64,000 nt of DNA from Octopus vulgaris (Eukaryota). Position 1 is the stretch's first letter; each line of letters starts with the position of its first letter. The notes beneath the pieces are model-generated. The model made no database searches. It was not told the DNA's origin and was given only the letters and a program-made list of their open reading frames with translations. Shown here piece after piece: positions 1 through 13,150 of this stretch. The stretch lies in the NCBI GenBank assembly GCA_951406725.2, contig OX597834.1, forward strand, positions 37,448,001 to 37,512,000, read 5' to 3'. The position numbers were made by a program, and so were the translations under genes.

Positions 1-143
1 CCCAGTACATAGACCCCCCCATAGACTTAGCGGTATTTCATCTGCCTTTTATGTTTTGAGTTCAAATTCTGCCATGGTCGACTTTGCCTTTTAATCTTTT
101 CAGAGACCATGAATTAAATACCAGTTGAATACATAGACCCTCC

Positions 144-1263
144 CCCAGTACTCAACTGGTATTTAATTCATGGTCTCTGAAAAGATTAAAAGGCAAAGTC
201 GACCATGGCAGAATTTGAACTCAAAACATAAAAGGCAGATGAAATACCGCTAAGCGTTTTTCCCGATGTGCTAATGATTCCGCCAGAAGAATATTAGCAA
301 TATTGGTTTTATATTTTGGCACAAGGCCAGAAATCTTGGGAAAGAGATAGAATGATTAGATCAACTCCAGTGATCAACTGGCATCGTCATCATCATCATC
401 ATCATCGTCATTTAAAGTCCTCCTTCCATGGACTTACTTTTTTATCAGCCCCCAATAGGATGAAAGGCAAAGTCGACCTTGGCAGATTTGGAACTCAGAA
501 CATAAAGCCGGACGAATCACCATTAAGCATTTTGTCCAGCATGTTAATGATCCTGCCAGCTCACCTCTTTGAATAATATTAATGGCACTGATTACAAATT
601 TTGGCACAAGGTCAGCAATTTATGAGGAGGCGGGCAAGATGATTATATTGACCTCAGTGCTTAACTGGTTCTTGTTTTATTGACCCCCTAAAGAAGGGAA
701 GCCAAAATCAGCCTTGACAGAATTTGAACTCACAACATAAAGATTGATGAAATGTTGCAAACCATTCTATCCGGCACACTAAAGATTCTGTTAGCTCGCT
801 GTCTTATGATAATGATGATATAACAACCCTTTCTACTAAAGGCACAAGGCCTGAAATTTTTGCAGAGGGGACTAATTGATTACATCGACCCCAATGTTCC
901 ACTGGGTCTTAATTTATCGACCCTGAAAGGATGAAAAGCAGAGTAGACTTTTGTGAAATTTGAACTCTGAACATAGTGATAGATGAAATACTGCTAAGCC
1001 TTTCACATGGTGTGCTAACGATTCTGTCAGCTTGTCGCCTGATAATGATGGTTTCAAATTTTGCCACAAGGACAGCTATTTTAGGGGAGGGGATGAGTCA
1101 ATTACACTGACCCCAGTCTTTAACTGGTACTTATTTTATCAACCCCCGAAAGGATGAAAGGCAAAGATGACCTTGGAAGAATTTGAACTCTGAACATAAC
1201 AACAGGTAAAATACCGCTAAGTGTTTCACCTGGTGTACTAACGATTCTGCCGACTTGCTGCCT
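144..1263 (-). mobile_element. Five head-to-tail copies of tRNA-derived SINE family A
   Basis: Reverse complement of the motif gagttcaaatt...gtcgactttgcctttcatcctttcggggtcgataaa..aagtaccagt recurs at about 144-290, 303-570, 590-802, 828-1040 and 1048-1263. Head has A-box-like tggcagaatcgttag and B-box-like gagttcaaattc. Confidence 0.85.
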
Positions 1264-1859
1264 GATAACGATGCTTGTATAATGCAAACAAGACTTCATT
1301 ACCTTACAAATATCTTCTGCACTGTAAGACAAGTAAGAGTGATTTTGTTGCTATTTCTAGCAGTCTGAGAAAAATCAAGCACAGAAGTCCTCTTAATCAT
1401 GGTCAACTTTCCAGCAGTAACCAGCCTAAATTACTTCTTCTTCTTCATCTTCTTGTCTCCTGCTATTTCTAGCCAGCCATCTCACCACATACAGAGACTC
1501 GTTCATTAGCTCCCAAAGTAAAACGTTATTCAATCATGATGCTCATTGCCTGCCATATCATACTGTGCTATTTAAACCGGCTTAGCTTTGCTTGCTTCCT
1601 GACAATAATGCAGTTTTAACAGAGAACGAATAATGATGATATTCTATGAGTTAACGGAGATTATTCGAAATGTATTAAACTTTACCATTGACAAGATATT
1701 GACATTATAATCTTGCCATTAACCCATTTATTTCCACCATTTCCACAGACATAAAATCCATTAATTTACTACAGAATAGAGTCAAACATACAGAACAATG
1801 CAGAGAAATTTGCCTTTCGCATGATAGACAGTGGGTGGGGGTTGGGGTGGGAATGAGAG

Positions 1860-2068
1860 AATGATGTGATGGATGGTGATGATATGGTTTGTAGGACGGT
1901 CGGGCGGCTGGATGGATAGAGGGATGGAGTCATGGGTGGGTGGGTAGGTGGGTGATTGATGGATGGATGTGTGAATGGATGGATCATCGATGGCTGAATA
2001 GACAGATGGATGGATAGAGAGGTGTGTGTATGTATGGATGGATGGATAGATTGATAGATAAACTGATT

Positions 2069-2143
<75 letters not shown>

Positions 2144-2360
2144 GGATGGATAGATAGGGAGAGAAATGGAAGGGTGGAGAGATGGGCTGGTGGATGGATG
2201 AAAGAGGTTGGGGGGATGGGTAGATGAGTAGATCGTTGGGAAGGCTGAGAGAAGGGTAGCTGGATAGAGTGATGGAGCGACAAGATGAATTGAGAGAAAT
2301 GGATGCGTAACTGAATGTACAGAAGCGGCTCGGGTGGACTGATGGATGGATGAGAGAGCA
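1860..2360. repeat. (GGAT)n/(GATA)n tetranucleotide microsatellite region
   Basis: Pure (taga)n at about 2068-2142 inside degenerate ggat/gata sequence. Confidence 0.9.
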
Positions 2361-2449
2361 AATTGAAGAAGGCAGTTTTAGATACAGTGCACTTGAATAT
2401 AAGACTGGTTAGTCAAAGATTACAGAAGAGTTACTGCTAATATATACAT

Positions 2450-2567
2450 AGGCGAAGTCATGGCTGCGTGGTAAGAAGCATGCTACCCAACCACAGGGTT
2501 CCAGGTTCAATCCTATTGCATAGCAAATTGGACAAGTGTCCTCTACTATAGCCTCAGGCCAACCAAA
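2450..2567 (+). mobile_element. SINE family B head (tRNA-like plus CORE-like segment)
   Basis: ggctgcgtggtaagaagc...ggttccaggttcaatcc...ggacaagtgtcctctactatagcctc matches the near-complete copies at 8930 and 50295. Confidence 0.75.
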
Positions 2568-2839
2568 ATATATAGATGTGGAGCAAATAATTTGGGAGAA
2601 TAATATTTGCGAAGATATTATTGACTCTGTTATTATCTAGTGAAACAATTAAAAATGATAATAACAGAATCGATAATATTGGTGATGGCATGCTCAAAAA
2701 GGCATTAAATAGCTGAAGGACTAAAATTTATCAAAGGATATACTAAGTATGTCTACCTGCTGGAAATAACAGTCAAACCTTTTATTTAAATCACCTAAAA
2801 GAAAACTGATAATAACTACAGAGTTTTGACTGTTACGCC

Positions 2840-3157
2840 CTGGGGTCAATATAATCGACTTAATCCGTTTGTCTGTCCTTGTTTGTCCTCTCTGTGTTTA
2901 GCCCCTTGTGGGTTGTAAAGAAATAGGTACTTCGTCCGTGGTTACGTTCTGAGTTCAAATCCCGCTGAGGCTGACTTTGCCTTTCATCCTTTCGAGGTCG
3001 ATAAATTAAGTACCAGTTACACACTGGGGCCGATGTAATCGACTTAATCCCTTCGCCTGCCCTTGTTTGTCCCCTCTATGTTTAGCCCCCTTGTGGACAA
3101 TAAAGAAATAAAAAGAAATAAGAATGATATGATCTTTTAGAGTGTGGTGGGTCACTA
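2840..3157 (+). mobile_element. SINE family A, about 1.5 tandem units with 3' extension
   Basis: Family A core and tail, internal aaagaaatag|gtacttcgtc junction, and an extension ttttagagtgtggtgggtcact shared with the copy ending near 23987. Confidence 0.85.
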
Positions 3158-3499
3158 TTTCTAGCAAACTGAACAACCACATAGTGGCATAGTGGCTCCC
3201 ACATTAGCAGTAACAGAAAGGATACAGCTACTAAATGACAACCTGGTAGCATTTTGTTTAATTTACCTCCCCACCGAACTCTAAAAGTTCCAGGTTCATA
3301 TCTGGGCAATGTTGACTCTCCTATGCATTTCTCCAGGGACATTAAAAGCATTTCAACCACACCTCCTTCATCCTTTCATGTTACACAAATGCTCTTTGGT
3401 TCATAACCGTAATTTTCTTTTAAATTACTGTTTACAAATGTATAAACGTTTAATCTTGTTTATATTAAAGATCTCAGCTATTAAGACTGTGTGCCTGCT

Positions 3500-3583
3500 A
3501 ATATGTATGCATGGGTGCTTATATGTCTGTAAGTATGCGTGTGTGTGTGTGTGCATACATATATACATACATACATTCATACA

Positions 3584-3621
<38 letters not shown>

Positions 3622-3742
3622 CTTACACAGATACGCCCACATATATTATAATATATGTCTATGTTTTTATTTATGTTTACATACACACATACAATATATA
3701 TGTGTGTGTATATATCTAAATAAATTTACATATATATGTACA

Positions 3743-3775
<33 letters not shown>

Positions 3776-3814
3776 CATGCATGCATGCATTCATACATAT
3801 TTGCATACATAAGT

Positions 3815-3852
<38 letters not shown>

Positions 3853-3890
3853 TATGTGTGTGTGTATATATATGTGTGTGTATATATATA

Positions 3891-3936
<46 letters not shown>

Positions 3937-4100
3937 TATATGCATATATATGTATGTACATAATCATACTCGTATATGTGTGTATGTATGCATAAAATAC
4001 AGATATATCTATCTGTGTACACACACACATACACACCATGTATGTATATTCCTGTGTGTACATGCACGTATGCATATGCGTGTAAGTACGAGTATGCATA

Positions 4101-4157
<57 letters not shown>

Positions 4158-4185
4158 GCATATATATATGCATATATGCATGCGT
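3500..4185. repeat. Compound (TA)n/(TG)n/(CATA)n microsatellite
   Basis: Directly visible. Representative of many similar tracts, e.g. 5785-6285, 9300-9760, 12780-13560, 15545-16085, 17650-18320, 32755-33390, 46400-47480, 59540-59950. Confidence 0.95.
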
Positions 4186-4519
4186 AAAAACATTAATGTC
4201 ATGTATAGAAATGAAACAAAGTTTATAAGCCAAACCTGGAGATTGTTTGCAATCATAAACACGTTCAGCTTCAGGATTTCTTTGTATATATATGTTTGTG
4301 TGTTTTTTTATGTGTGTATGTTTTTTGTTCTGCTTTTACTAGTGGTGGTGGTGGTGGTGGTGGTGCGGGTGGTGGTGGTGGGAATGGTTCTTTGCCAATT
4401 TCTTTTATTGGCACAATTTTTGAGATGTTGTTGTTATTGTAATTGGTGATGTGGTTTCTGCTGTAGTTGTTGTTGTTGTTGTCATTTTCATGTTATTGAT
4501 ATAATAAAATCCGTCATTA

Positions 4520-5315
4520 CCATAGCCATCATCATCATCATCATCATCATCATAAGCATCCATGTTACCATCATCTCGTTCGCTGGTATTACTTTGCATG
4601 CTATGACCGTTGTTAGTTATTACAAGCAACCTCCTATACTCAAACACCACCAGCGCTGTTGCCACCACTACCGCTGCCACCACCGCCAACAACACCGTTA
4701 TGATCATCATCGTTATCGCCACCATTGCCATTGTTAAAACCATCATCGCTAGAACCATCATTGCCTCCACCACCAACACCACCACCACGACCATCATGGT
4801 CATCATCGTCACCCCCACTGCCACCACAGCCATGATGGTGATCATCATCAATACTATCACCAGCATCATCATCATTACAATCACTAGCACCACCAACAAC
4901 AACAAGCTCATCATCATAACCACCACCACCTCCATCAACATCACCATCACCATCATCAACCCCCATCATCATCAGCATCACAACCTTCATCATCGACACT
5001 GCCACCACCTTCATCAACACCATCATCATCACCACCACCCCCAACATCATCATCATCACCAGCACCAGCACCAGCAGTAGCACCACCACCACCTTCATCA
5101 ACACCATCTTCATCACTACCATCACTACCACTCCACCATCATCATCACCACCAACACCACCAACACTACCACAACCACCATCATCAACACCATCATCATC
5201 ACCACCACCACCAACACTACCACAACCACCATCATCATCACTCCCCATCATCATCATCATCATCATCATCATCACCACAACCATCATCATCGACACCACC
5301 ACCACCACCACCCTC
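4520..5315. repeat. Degenerate (CAT)n/(CAC)n trinucleotide low-complexity tract
   Basis: Interspersed cat/cac/caa triplets give poly-H, poly-T, poly-M and poly-G ORFs in several frames on both strands. Confidence 0.9.
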
Positions 5316-5825
5316 AACCGCTGTCTCTATTGTACATTCAATTATTTCGTCTTGTTCTTAACGACCACACTGCAGTTTTGCACCAACAGTAACAGACAGA
5401 AGTCACTGTCGTTACCATCGCTGCCGTTATTGCTGTTGTTCTTGTTCTCGTTGTTGTTCTTGTCATTGTTGCTGCTGTCGTCATTACTGTTACAGTATCG
5501 TGATCATTAGCAATGTCATAATTATTGTCATCAGTATTTTTCGGTTCTATTCAAATGAAGAGAACGAAGTATTTAAATGCCAAACCATTAATTAGAGAGA
5601 GAAGATGTCCTTTATTCACTCCGACAAAATAACAGTTGTGTTTTAGCAGCTTTCACTATCTTCTTGCATTGTTAATTATAATTTGTACAAATATTAGCTT
5701 CTTTTGTTTTTTTTGCACAAATAACTAAATAATACCATTTCTGATGGTGATACTGCAGCAAATGCTCAATGCTATAGTAATATATTACATACATATAATA
5801 TAAATACACACATGTATATATACAC

Positions 5826-5871
<46 letters not shown>

Positions 5872-5902
5872 GTATATATATATAAATATATGTATATGTA
5901 TG

Positions 5903-5937
<35 letters not shown>

Positions 5938-6052
5938 GTGCATGTGTGTGTATATATATATATATATATACATACATATACATATATTTATATATAAAAA
6001 TTATACTATATGTTACATATATATATATATTTATATAAATATATATATAAAA

Positions 6053-6116
<64 letters not shown>

Positions 6117-6227
6117 ATAAATGTATATATATACATATATGTGTGTGTGTTGTTCTTTCACCTGTCTTCGTCTTTTGTTTTCTATAAATTTGAACTATAT
6201 ATATGTATATACTACATTAGTGTTTGA

Positions 6228-6288
<61 letters not shown>

Positions 6289-6809
6289 TATCATTGTTTT
6301 AACATCCACTTTTACGCATGTGTGTGCATATGCTCATAAGTGTGTACGTGTGTGATAGTGTGCCCCTGTGTGTGAATGTACGCATGTGTGCAAATTATGT
6401 GTTTGTATGCACATGCACATATGCATGTATATATCTATCTGTGTGCATGTCTGTATGCATATATATATGTGTGTGTGTTTGTATGTTTATATGAATAATG
6501 CTTCTAAATGAATCACTGAGTCATCGTTATCGTTAACATTCCTAATCACAAAACCCCCGTTCTAGTTGATCATTGTGTTTGGACAGAAAGAATACAGGTG
6601 AAAATGCAAAATGGTAATGGCATGAGGACCTTCCCCCTCTCCTGCATTTATTTCTGTGAAAAACATTAGGATACCATCTAAAAATATTCTTAGACATTAA
6701 GCACTTTTTCAAGATGGAACAAACACAAAAGAAAAACAAAGAAATATTTGGAAGTACCATTAAAGGCAGGAGATGGAAAAAGCCTTTTTGTTTCCCAAAA
6801 AGCACTAAC

Positions 6810-7610
6810 ACTACAACCAGCAGCAATAGCACCACCACCACTACCACCAACATCAACATTGCCAGTACCACCATTGCTAGTTCTAACACCACCATCGCCA
6901 CAACCAACACTGCTAGTACCTCTACCACCATGACCACCACCACAACCAAGACCAATACTTCTAGTACCACCAACACTACTAGCAACACCTCACCACAACT
7001 ACCACCACCACTACCACCACCACCACCAACATCAACATTGCTAGTTCTAACACCACCACTGCCACAACCAACACTGCTTGTACCTCCACCACCATGACCA
7101 CAGCCACAACCAAGACCAATACTTCTAGTACCACCAACACTACTAGCAACACCTCACCACAACTACCACCACCGCCACCACAACCGACATTAACACTGGT
7201 AGTACCATCACCACCACCACTGGTGCCATCTCACCACCACTACTGGTACCACCACCACCACTACCACCACCACAACCAACACCACAGCCAACATCAGCAC
7301 TGCTAATACAACCCCCACCACTAGTACCACTACCACACCAATAATGCTAGTACCACCACCACTACCAACGCTAACACCACTAGCACCACCACTACCACCA
7401 CAGCCAACACTGCCATTTTGACTGCCATCCCAACCTCCACCACCACCACCACAACCAACACCACAACCAACATCAGCGCTGCTAATACCACCATCACCAT
7501 TACCAACACCAACACTGCTAGTACCACCACCACTACCAAAGCTAATACCAGCCAACACTGCTAGTACCACAGCCATTGTCACTGCCATCCCAACCCTGAC
7601 CACCACGCAG
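6810..7610. repeat. (ACC)n-based cryptic minisatellite with internal direct duplications
   Basis: Recurring gctagtaccacc and caaccaacactgc motifs. The block caaccaagaccaatacttctagtaccaccaacactactagcaacacctcaccacaactaccacc occurs twice, near 6943 and 7107. Confidence 0.8.
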
Positions 7611-8078
7611 ACAGACAAAAATAAAAGCCTATATTTATTTCCCTCCCCTACTTTACACCTCACTAGAATAAGGAACTTTGAAGTGTTTAAGCAAGAACTT
7701 GTCCAACTCATAAAAATGGTAAGATTCCAACTTCATTACCGATTCCTTTGACAACCTTCTGAAATATCATCCGACATATTTTGAACAATCAGGTAACATT
7801 CATACAAAAGTGCATGGCCAGTTGTCATGGGGTGGAGTGGGGGCATATAAAATTCTGTTGAAACTGATGTAGCAAATTGGTCGTGCTCCAATGATTTACA
7901 AAATATTTCAACTTTTTAAACAATGCATAGCTGTGTGGTAAGAAGCTTACGTCCCAACAACATGGTTTGGGGTTCAGTCCCATTGTGGGGCGCCTCAGGC
8001 GAGTGTCTTCTGCTATAGCCTTGGGCCGACCAAAGTTTTGTGAGTGGATTCGGTTGATGGAAACTGAAAGAAACCTGT

Positions 8079-8153
<75 letters not shown>

Positions 8154-8929
8154 TATATGTAGGAAGGATATTTTGTAATATACATATCTATCTATCTATT
8201 TATGTGTGTATATATATATATATATATATAGATATAGATATATATCCCTCCATACACATGTATAGATGTATGCAAGTATGTAAGTATATAAGTATCTTTT
8301 ATCTTTTACTTGTTCCAGTCATTGGATAGCAGCCTTGAAAGGTTTAGTAAAAGAAACTGACCCCAGTACTTCAGATTTATTTGAAGTCTGGTACTTATTC
8401 AGTCAGTTTTTTTCTTTTGCTGAAATACTAAGTTACGGGAACAGTTATATGTATTTCAGTTGTGATTGCTTAAAGAAGAAATGTGTGTATACATGTGCGT
8501 GGAGGGTGTATTTGTGTGATTGTGCAGTTATGCCTGTGATTGTCATGAATACTTTTAAATAATGGGGAACTCAGTGCAAAAACTTTGTAGTCTAGTAGCT
8601 TTATTCAAATATTTAATAAATCAACGATTGCATTACAACTGTCAGGTTCTTCATGTCTTCAGAACTTCACATGAAGATATTAATTTATTGTCGTTTTATG
8701 AAAAATGAAATAATAAAAAGAAAGTTTATTTCAAATAACTCTTGAATTATCCACTACATATATGTGTGTGTGTATACATATTTACATACCTATATATATA
8801 CATACACTGTATATATATATATACACTGTACATATATACACACATATATGTATCTATATATATGTGCATATATGCATACATATATACAGATATACATACG
8901 TATGTCCGTGTAGTTTTCTTAAAATTCTC

Positions 8930-9300
8930 AGGTGTAGGAGTAGCTGAGTGGTAAGTAGCTTGCTTACCAACCATATGGTTTTGGATTCAGTCCCACTGCA
9001 TGGCACCTTCAGCAAGTGTCTTCTACTATAGCCTCGGTCCAACCAAAGCCTTGTGAGTAGATTTGGTAGAGGGAAACTGAAAGAAACCTGTCGTGTATAT
9101 ATGTGTGTGAATATGTGTGTGTTTATGTTTGTGTGTCTATTTCCTCCCCCTACCATTGCTTGACAACCTATAACTTAGCGGTTCAGCAAAAGAGACCAAT
9201 AGGATAACTACTAGGCTTATAACGAATAAGTCCTGGAGTTAATTTGTTCCACTAAAGGCGGTGCTCCAGCATGGCTGCAGTCAAATGACTGAAATGAATA
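8930..9300 (+). mobile_element. SINE family B, near full length (CORE-SINE-like, possibly the octopus OR-type family)
   Basis: tRNA-like head, CORE-like ggcaccttcagcaagtgtcttctactatagcctc, internal (TG)-rich spacer, tail aaggcggtgctccagcatggctgcagtcaaatgactgaaa. Other pieces lie near 7924, 8295, 11230, 13955, 14930, 16543, 18876, 20830, 21730, 24005, 39865, 40765, 44322, 48860, 53545, 60572, 62135, 63436. The family name is from recall. Confidence 0.85.
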
Positions 9301-9310
9301 AATGAATATA

Positions 9311-9342
<32 letters not shown>

Positions 9343-9630
9343 CTTATGTATACATATATTCATACATGTTTATGTATGTATATATGAATATATATATACA
9401 TACATGAATATCTATGTATATATGCATGTATATATGTATACATACATATATATATGCACATATAGATATACATATGTAGGCACATGCACATAAATATTCA
9501 TATATTTATATAAATGCACATGCATATATACATATGTGTATGTATATATATGTACATTTATATACATATATTTACTAGGCATGTATATAAGCACTTATAT
9601 ATTTATATATTTATATGCATGTATACACAC

Positions 9631-9674
<44 letters not shown>

Positions 9675-10299
9675 ATACATAATTATGTAATTATATCTGC
9701 ATACACATATATGCACATACATACATACACACACACATGCATATATATATATATATATACACATTATGCTTCTGTGCATAAAATATGAAACATGTTTTTC
9801 TGAAATTCAAACAGTTAAAACATGTCTATGCAAATGCAGGCCTTCCCTCTTTTCCCATGCATTCTAACCTGTTGTATAACGAGATATGAAGCAGTAACAA
9901 ACACCAAAGAAAAAAAAAAGAAGAAAAAAAAAAACAACATCCTATTAAATATTATGACTTGAATCAAGGGAGGGCACTCTCTTTTTATACCTTTACTAAA
10001 TTAAATATGCAGTTTTTAAAATTCATAATTTTATGCCATTTATTTTGATAACTTGAGATTGCTTCTCCTTGACATTAACTTTTATGAATGCTGCCTATTT
10101 TCACTCAAAGGTGATCGGAGCAATCATAAAATTCCATTTTGAGAAGCAATGAGTCATTACCGATATAATAGCTACGTAGACAGCGAACTGGTGGAATTGT
10201 TACTGTGCTGGAAACAATGCTTAGTGATAGTTCTTCTGACTGTGTGTTCCGAGTTCAAAAGCTGCCAGGGTTTGACTTTGCCTTTCATCCTTTTGGAAA

Positions 10300-10947
10300 T
10301 CTCTCTATATATAAAACTGAGAATGTCTGTCTGTCTGTGTGTTTCCCTAAAACTTGAGAACTACACAACCAATTTCATTCAAATTTTACACATGCCTTAC
10401 TTAGGGTTCGGGGAGTGTCATCGAGTGTTCGGGGAGTTAACTTTTTGCCCAGGGCGAGCCCACAGCAATATCATATCTTCTCCATTATTTCAGTATTACG
10501 TGTTAAAAGTAAAACAAAAACATTTCTCTATCTTATGTCAGATACTTTCACTTTAACAATAAAAATAATAATAACAATTGAATTATATGTAGTAAGTAAC
10601 AATTAAAATCAAACTAAAGTATAATATAATTGTAACACAACAAAAGTAAAAATAGCAATTGGTATAAAATTGCATCAAGGATTTGAACTTGAATAAGTGG
10701 TTTCACATGAATGGGAATAAATTAAAAATAAAATTAGCGTGCAGAAATGGAATAGTCCTACAATTCCAGTCTGTTATATATTTTCAGTATTGTTATCACT
10801 AGTGATATCAAGATATAACTTTGTATTTTGTATTCTATGTGTAGATGTATATATATAGATGTACATGTAATATGTACACATATATATATATATACATATA
10901 TACATGCACTAGCACTATGACCCGGCAAAGATGGGTCATAATGCTAG
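10300..10947 (+). mobile_element. Non-autonomous Helitron-like element inserted in a family A SINE
   Basis: Starts A|TCTCTCTATATATAAAA followed by (gtct)n; ends with hairpin actagcactatgaccc-ggcaaagat-gggtcataatgCTAG|T. No TSD. The SINE sequence resumes on the far side. Confidence 0.8.
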
Positions 10948-11097
10948 TAATAAAATAAATACCTGTCGAACACCGGGGTCGATGTAGGCAATTTATCACT
11001 TCACCGACATTGCTGGCCTTGTGCCAAAATTTGAAACCAATAAATATGTTCTGAAATTATTAAATTTAACAAATAAAAAAAAAACAAGGTTAAAAGC

Positions 11098-11222
11098 CGT
11101 GGCTCCCAACCATTTTTTACCAGTGGACCCCTTTGATTAATATTGTAAGTTTTGTAGAAACCTCTTTCAAAATTCCTATTTTGTTTTCCACACATTAACA
11201 TGTGTAGATTGAACTTATTTAA
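11098..11222 (+). mobile_element. Truncated copy of the hAT-like MITE at 57766
   Basis: gtggctcccaaccatttttt...tggacccctttgattaatatt and aattcctattttgttttccacacattaacatgtgtagattgaact align to 57766-57925. Confidence 0.65.
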
Positions 11223-11794
11223 AACATTATCATTTACTTGTTTCAGAAATTGGACTGAGGCCATGCTGGGGCATCACCTTCAAGATCTTTTAGTTGAATG
11301 AGTTAGCGCCAGTGAGTCGACTTGTCTTTTTAAGCCTGGTGTTTATTTTATCGATGTCTTTTGATGAACTGCTAAGTTCCAGGGATAGAAACACAACAAT
11401 CGTTTTTAAGCATTGGTGGGAGATAGATACCGACACCAAGACACACAGACACACACAACAGGCCTCTTGTAGTTTCCGTCAACCAGCTGACCTACTTCTG
11501 TCAAACCATCCAACCCATGCTAGAATAGATGGACATTAAATGATGATGATGATGATGATTGGGATAACATATGAGTGTATACCTACACACACGCACATAT
11601 ATGGGGTGGTTATCTCCCCTGTCAGTATATAAAAATGTGCTGTCTTGTGGCTCTAAGGGCTTTTTAATTCTTATTTCTAGCAATATAGGTGCTAATATTT
11701 AGTGGTAATTGAATTTTGCTTTTTTAGTTTTATTTTGTATATATCTACCTTTGTTATTTTATACACACACACACACACACACATGCATATATGT

Positions 11795-12170
11795 GCTGGT
11801 GGTACGTAAGAGAACCATCCGAACGTGGCCGTTGCCAGTGCTGCCCCGACTGGCCTCGTGCCGGTGGCATGTAAAAAGCACCATCCGATCATGGCCATTG
11901 CTAGCCTCACCTGGCTACCGTGCCAGTGGCACGTAAAAAGCAGCATCCGATTGTGGCCATTTGCCAGCCTCGTCTGGCACCTGTGCTGGTGGCACATAAA
12001 AAGCACCCTCTACACTCACGGAGTGGTTGGCGTTAGGAAGGGCATCCAGCCGTAGAAACATTGCCAGATTAGACTGGAGCCTGGTGCAGCCTTCTGGCTT
12101 CCCAGACCCCAGTTGAACTGTCCAACCTATGGTAGCATGGAAAGCGGACGCTAAACGATGATGATGATGA
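11795..12170 (+). mobile_element. Retroposon family C (internal tandem units, 3' tail, (GAT)n)
   Basis: Repeated ggtggcacgtaaaaagcaccatccga units, then ttggcgttaggaagggcatccagc..gtagaaac...ggacgctaaacgatgatgat. Other copies: 16697-16862(-), 24787-25018, 38680-38908, 42915-43210(-), 53170-53365, 57322-57640, 63575-63800. Confidence 0.85.
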
Positions 12171-12415
12171 TATATATATATATATATATATTGGCCTACT
12201 TGCCTAGCCTGCAGGATGGTGTCACTTGAAAGTTAAAAACAAAACAAGACAAAACGCACTGTGACCAGCGATGTATAACAACATCCGATAGTCAGTTCAG
12301 CCACATGGTCCCATAACATATATGTATATACATACATGTGTGTTTGTGTAATACAGGATCATTTTCCACCTCTATTTTCCTTCATCAATTTCAACCCAGT
12401 TCTATTCCAGATTTG

Positions 12416-12499
12416 CTCTTCATAGAACTGCCTTATCTCTTCATAGAACTGCCTTATCTCTTCATAGAACTGCCTTATCTCTTCATAGAACTGCCTTAT
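12416..12499. repeat. Perfect 21-bp tandem repeat x4
   Basis: ctcttcatagaactgccttat repeated four times with no mismatch and no spacer. Confidence 0.97.
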
Positions 12500-12887
12500 A
12501 CACAGGTTGAATTCCATAACCATCGCCCAACAGGTGTCATACGGTTTGTATCACATGTCCAGATCACCACCATCATCATCAACACCACCATTGCCATCAT
12601 CTCACCTGAAGCCACCTCCTTCAAACACACCTTGGTTTTATAATTTCAATGGCAGATGATTTATAAAATCACTGTTGTAATTATTTATTGGCTGTCATTG
12701 ATTCTGTCGTGGTGGTGGTGGTGGTTGTGGTGGTGGTGATAGTGGTGGTGGTGGTGGTGGTGGGGTTATGCATTTTCATATATGTGTGCATATCAGTATA
12801 TGCATGCATCTGTGTGCATATATATACATACATTCACCTGTATATGCATACATATATATATATACATATACTCCTCTCTCTCATATA

Positions 12888-12930
<43 letters not shown>

Positions 12931-12945
12931 GTATATGTATATATA

Positions 12946-13040
<95 letters not shown>

Positions 13041-13074
13041 TTAATAATGAGGGAGATAAATTAATATTAATTTT

Positions 13075-13150
<76 letters not shown>

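Noticed and set aside
2680-2722. Very degenerate hammerhead-like string (also 8620-8665 on the minus strand)
   Set aside because: Several core positions would need repair; not distinguishable from chance without a consensus.
3309-4449. Long overlapping Y/I/C/V/H/T-rich ORFs here and in all similar tracts
   Set aside because: Translations of (TA)n/(TG)n/(CATA)n, which lack stops; open in many frames on both strands.
4405-5317. His-rich, Thr-rich and Gly/Asp-rich ORFs
   Set aside because: Trinucleotide low-complexity sequence open in several frames, with no domain, signal peptide or splice support.
6714-7306. Mucin-like Thr-rich ORFs
   Set aside because: The ACC repeat phase shifts between Thr, Pro and His within the ORF, which a real mucin exon would not do.
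12416-12499. CRISPR-like appearance of short direct repeats (also 62570-62840 and 11795-12005)
   Set aside because: No unique spacers, no cas genes, eukaryotic context.
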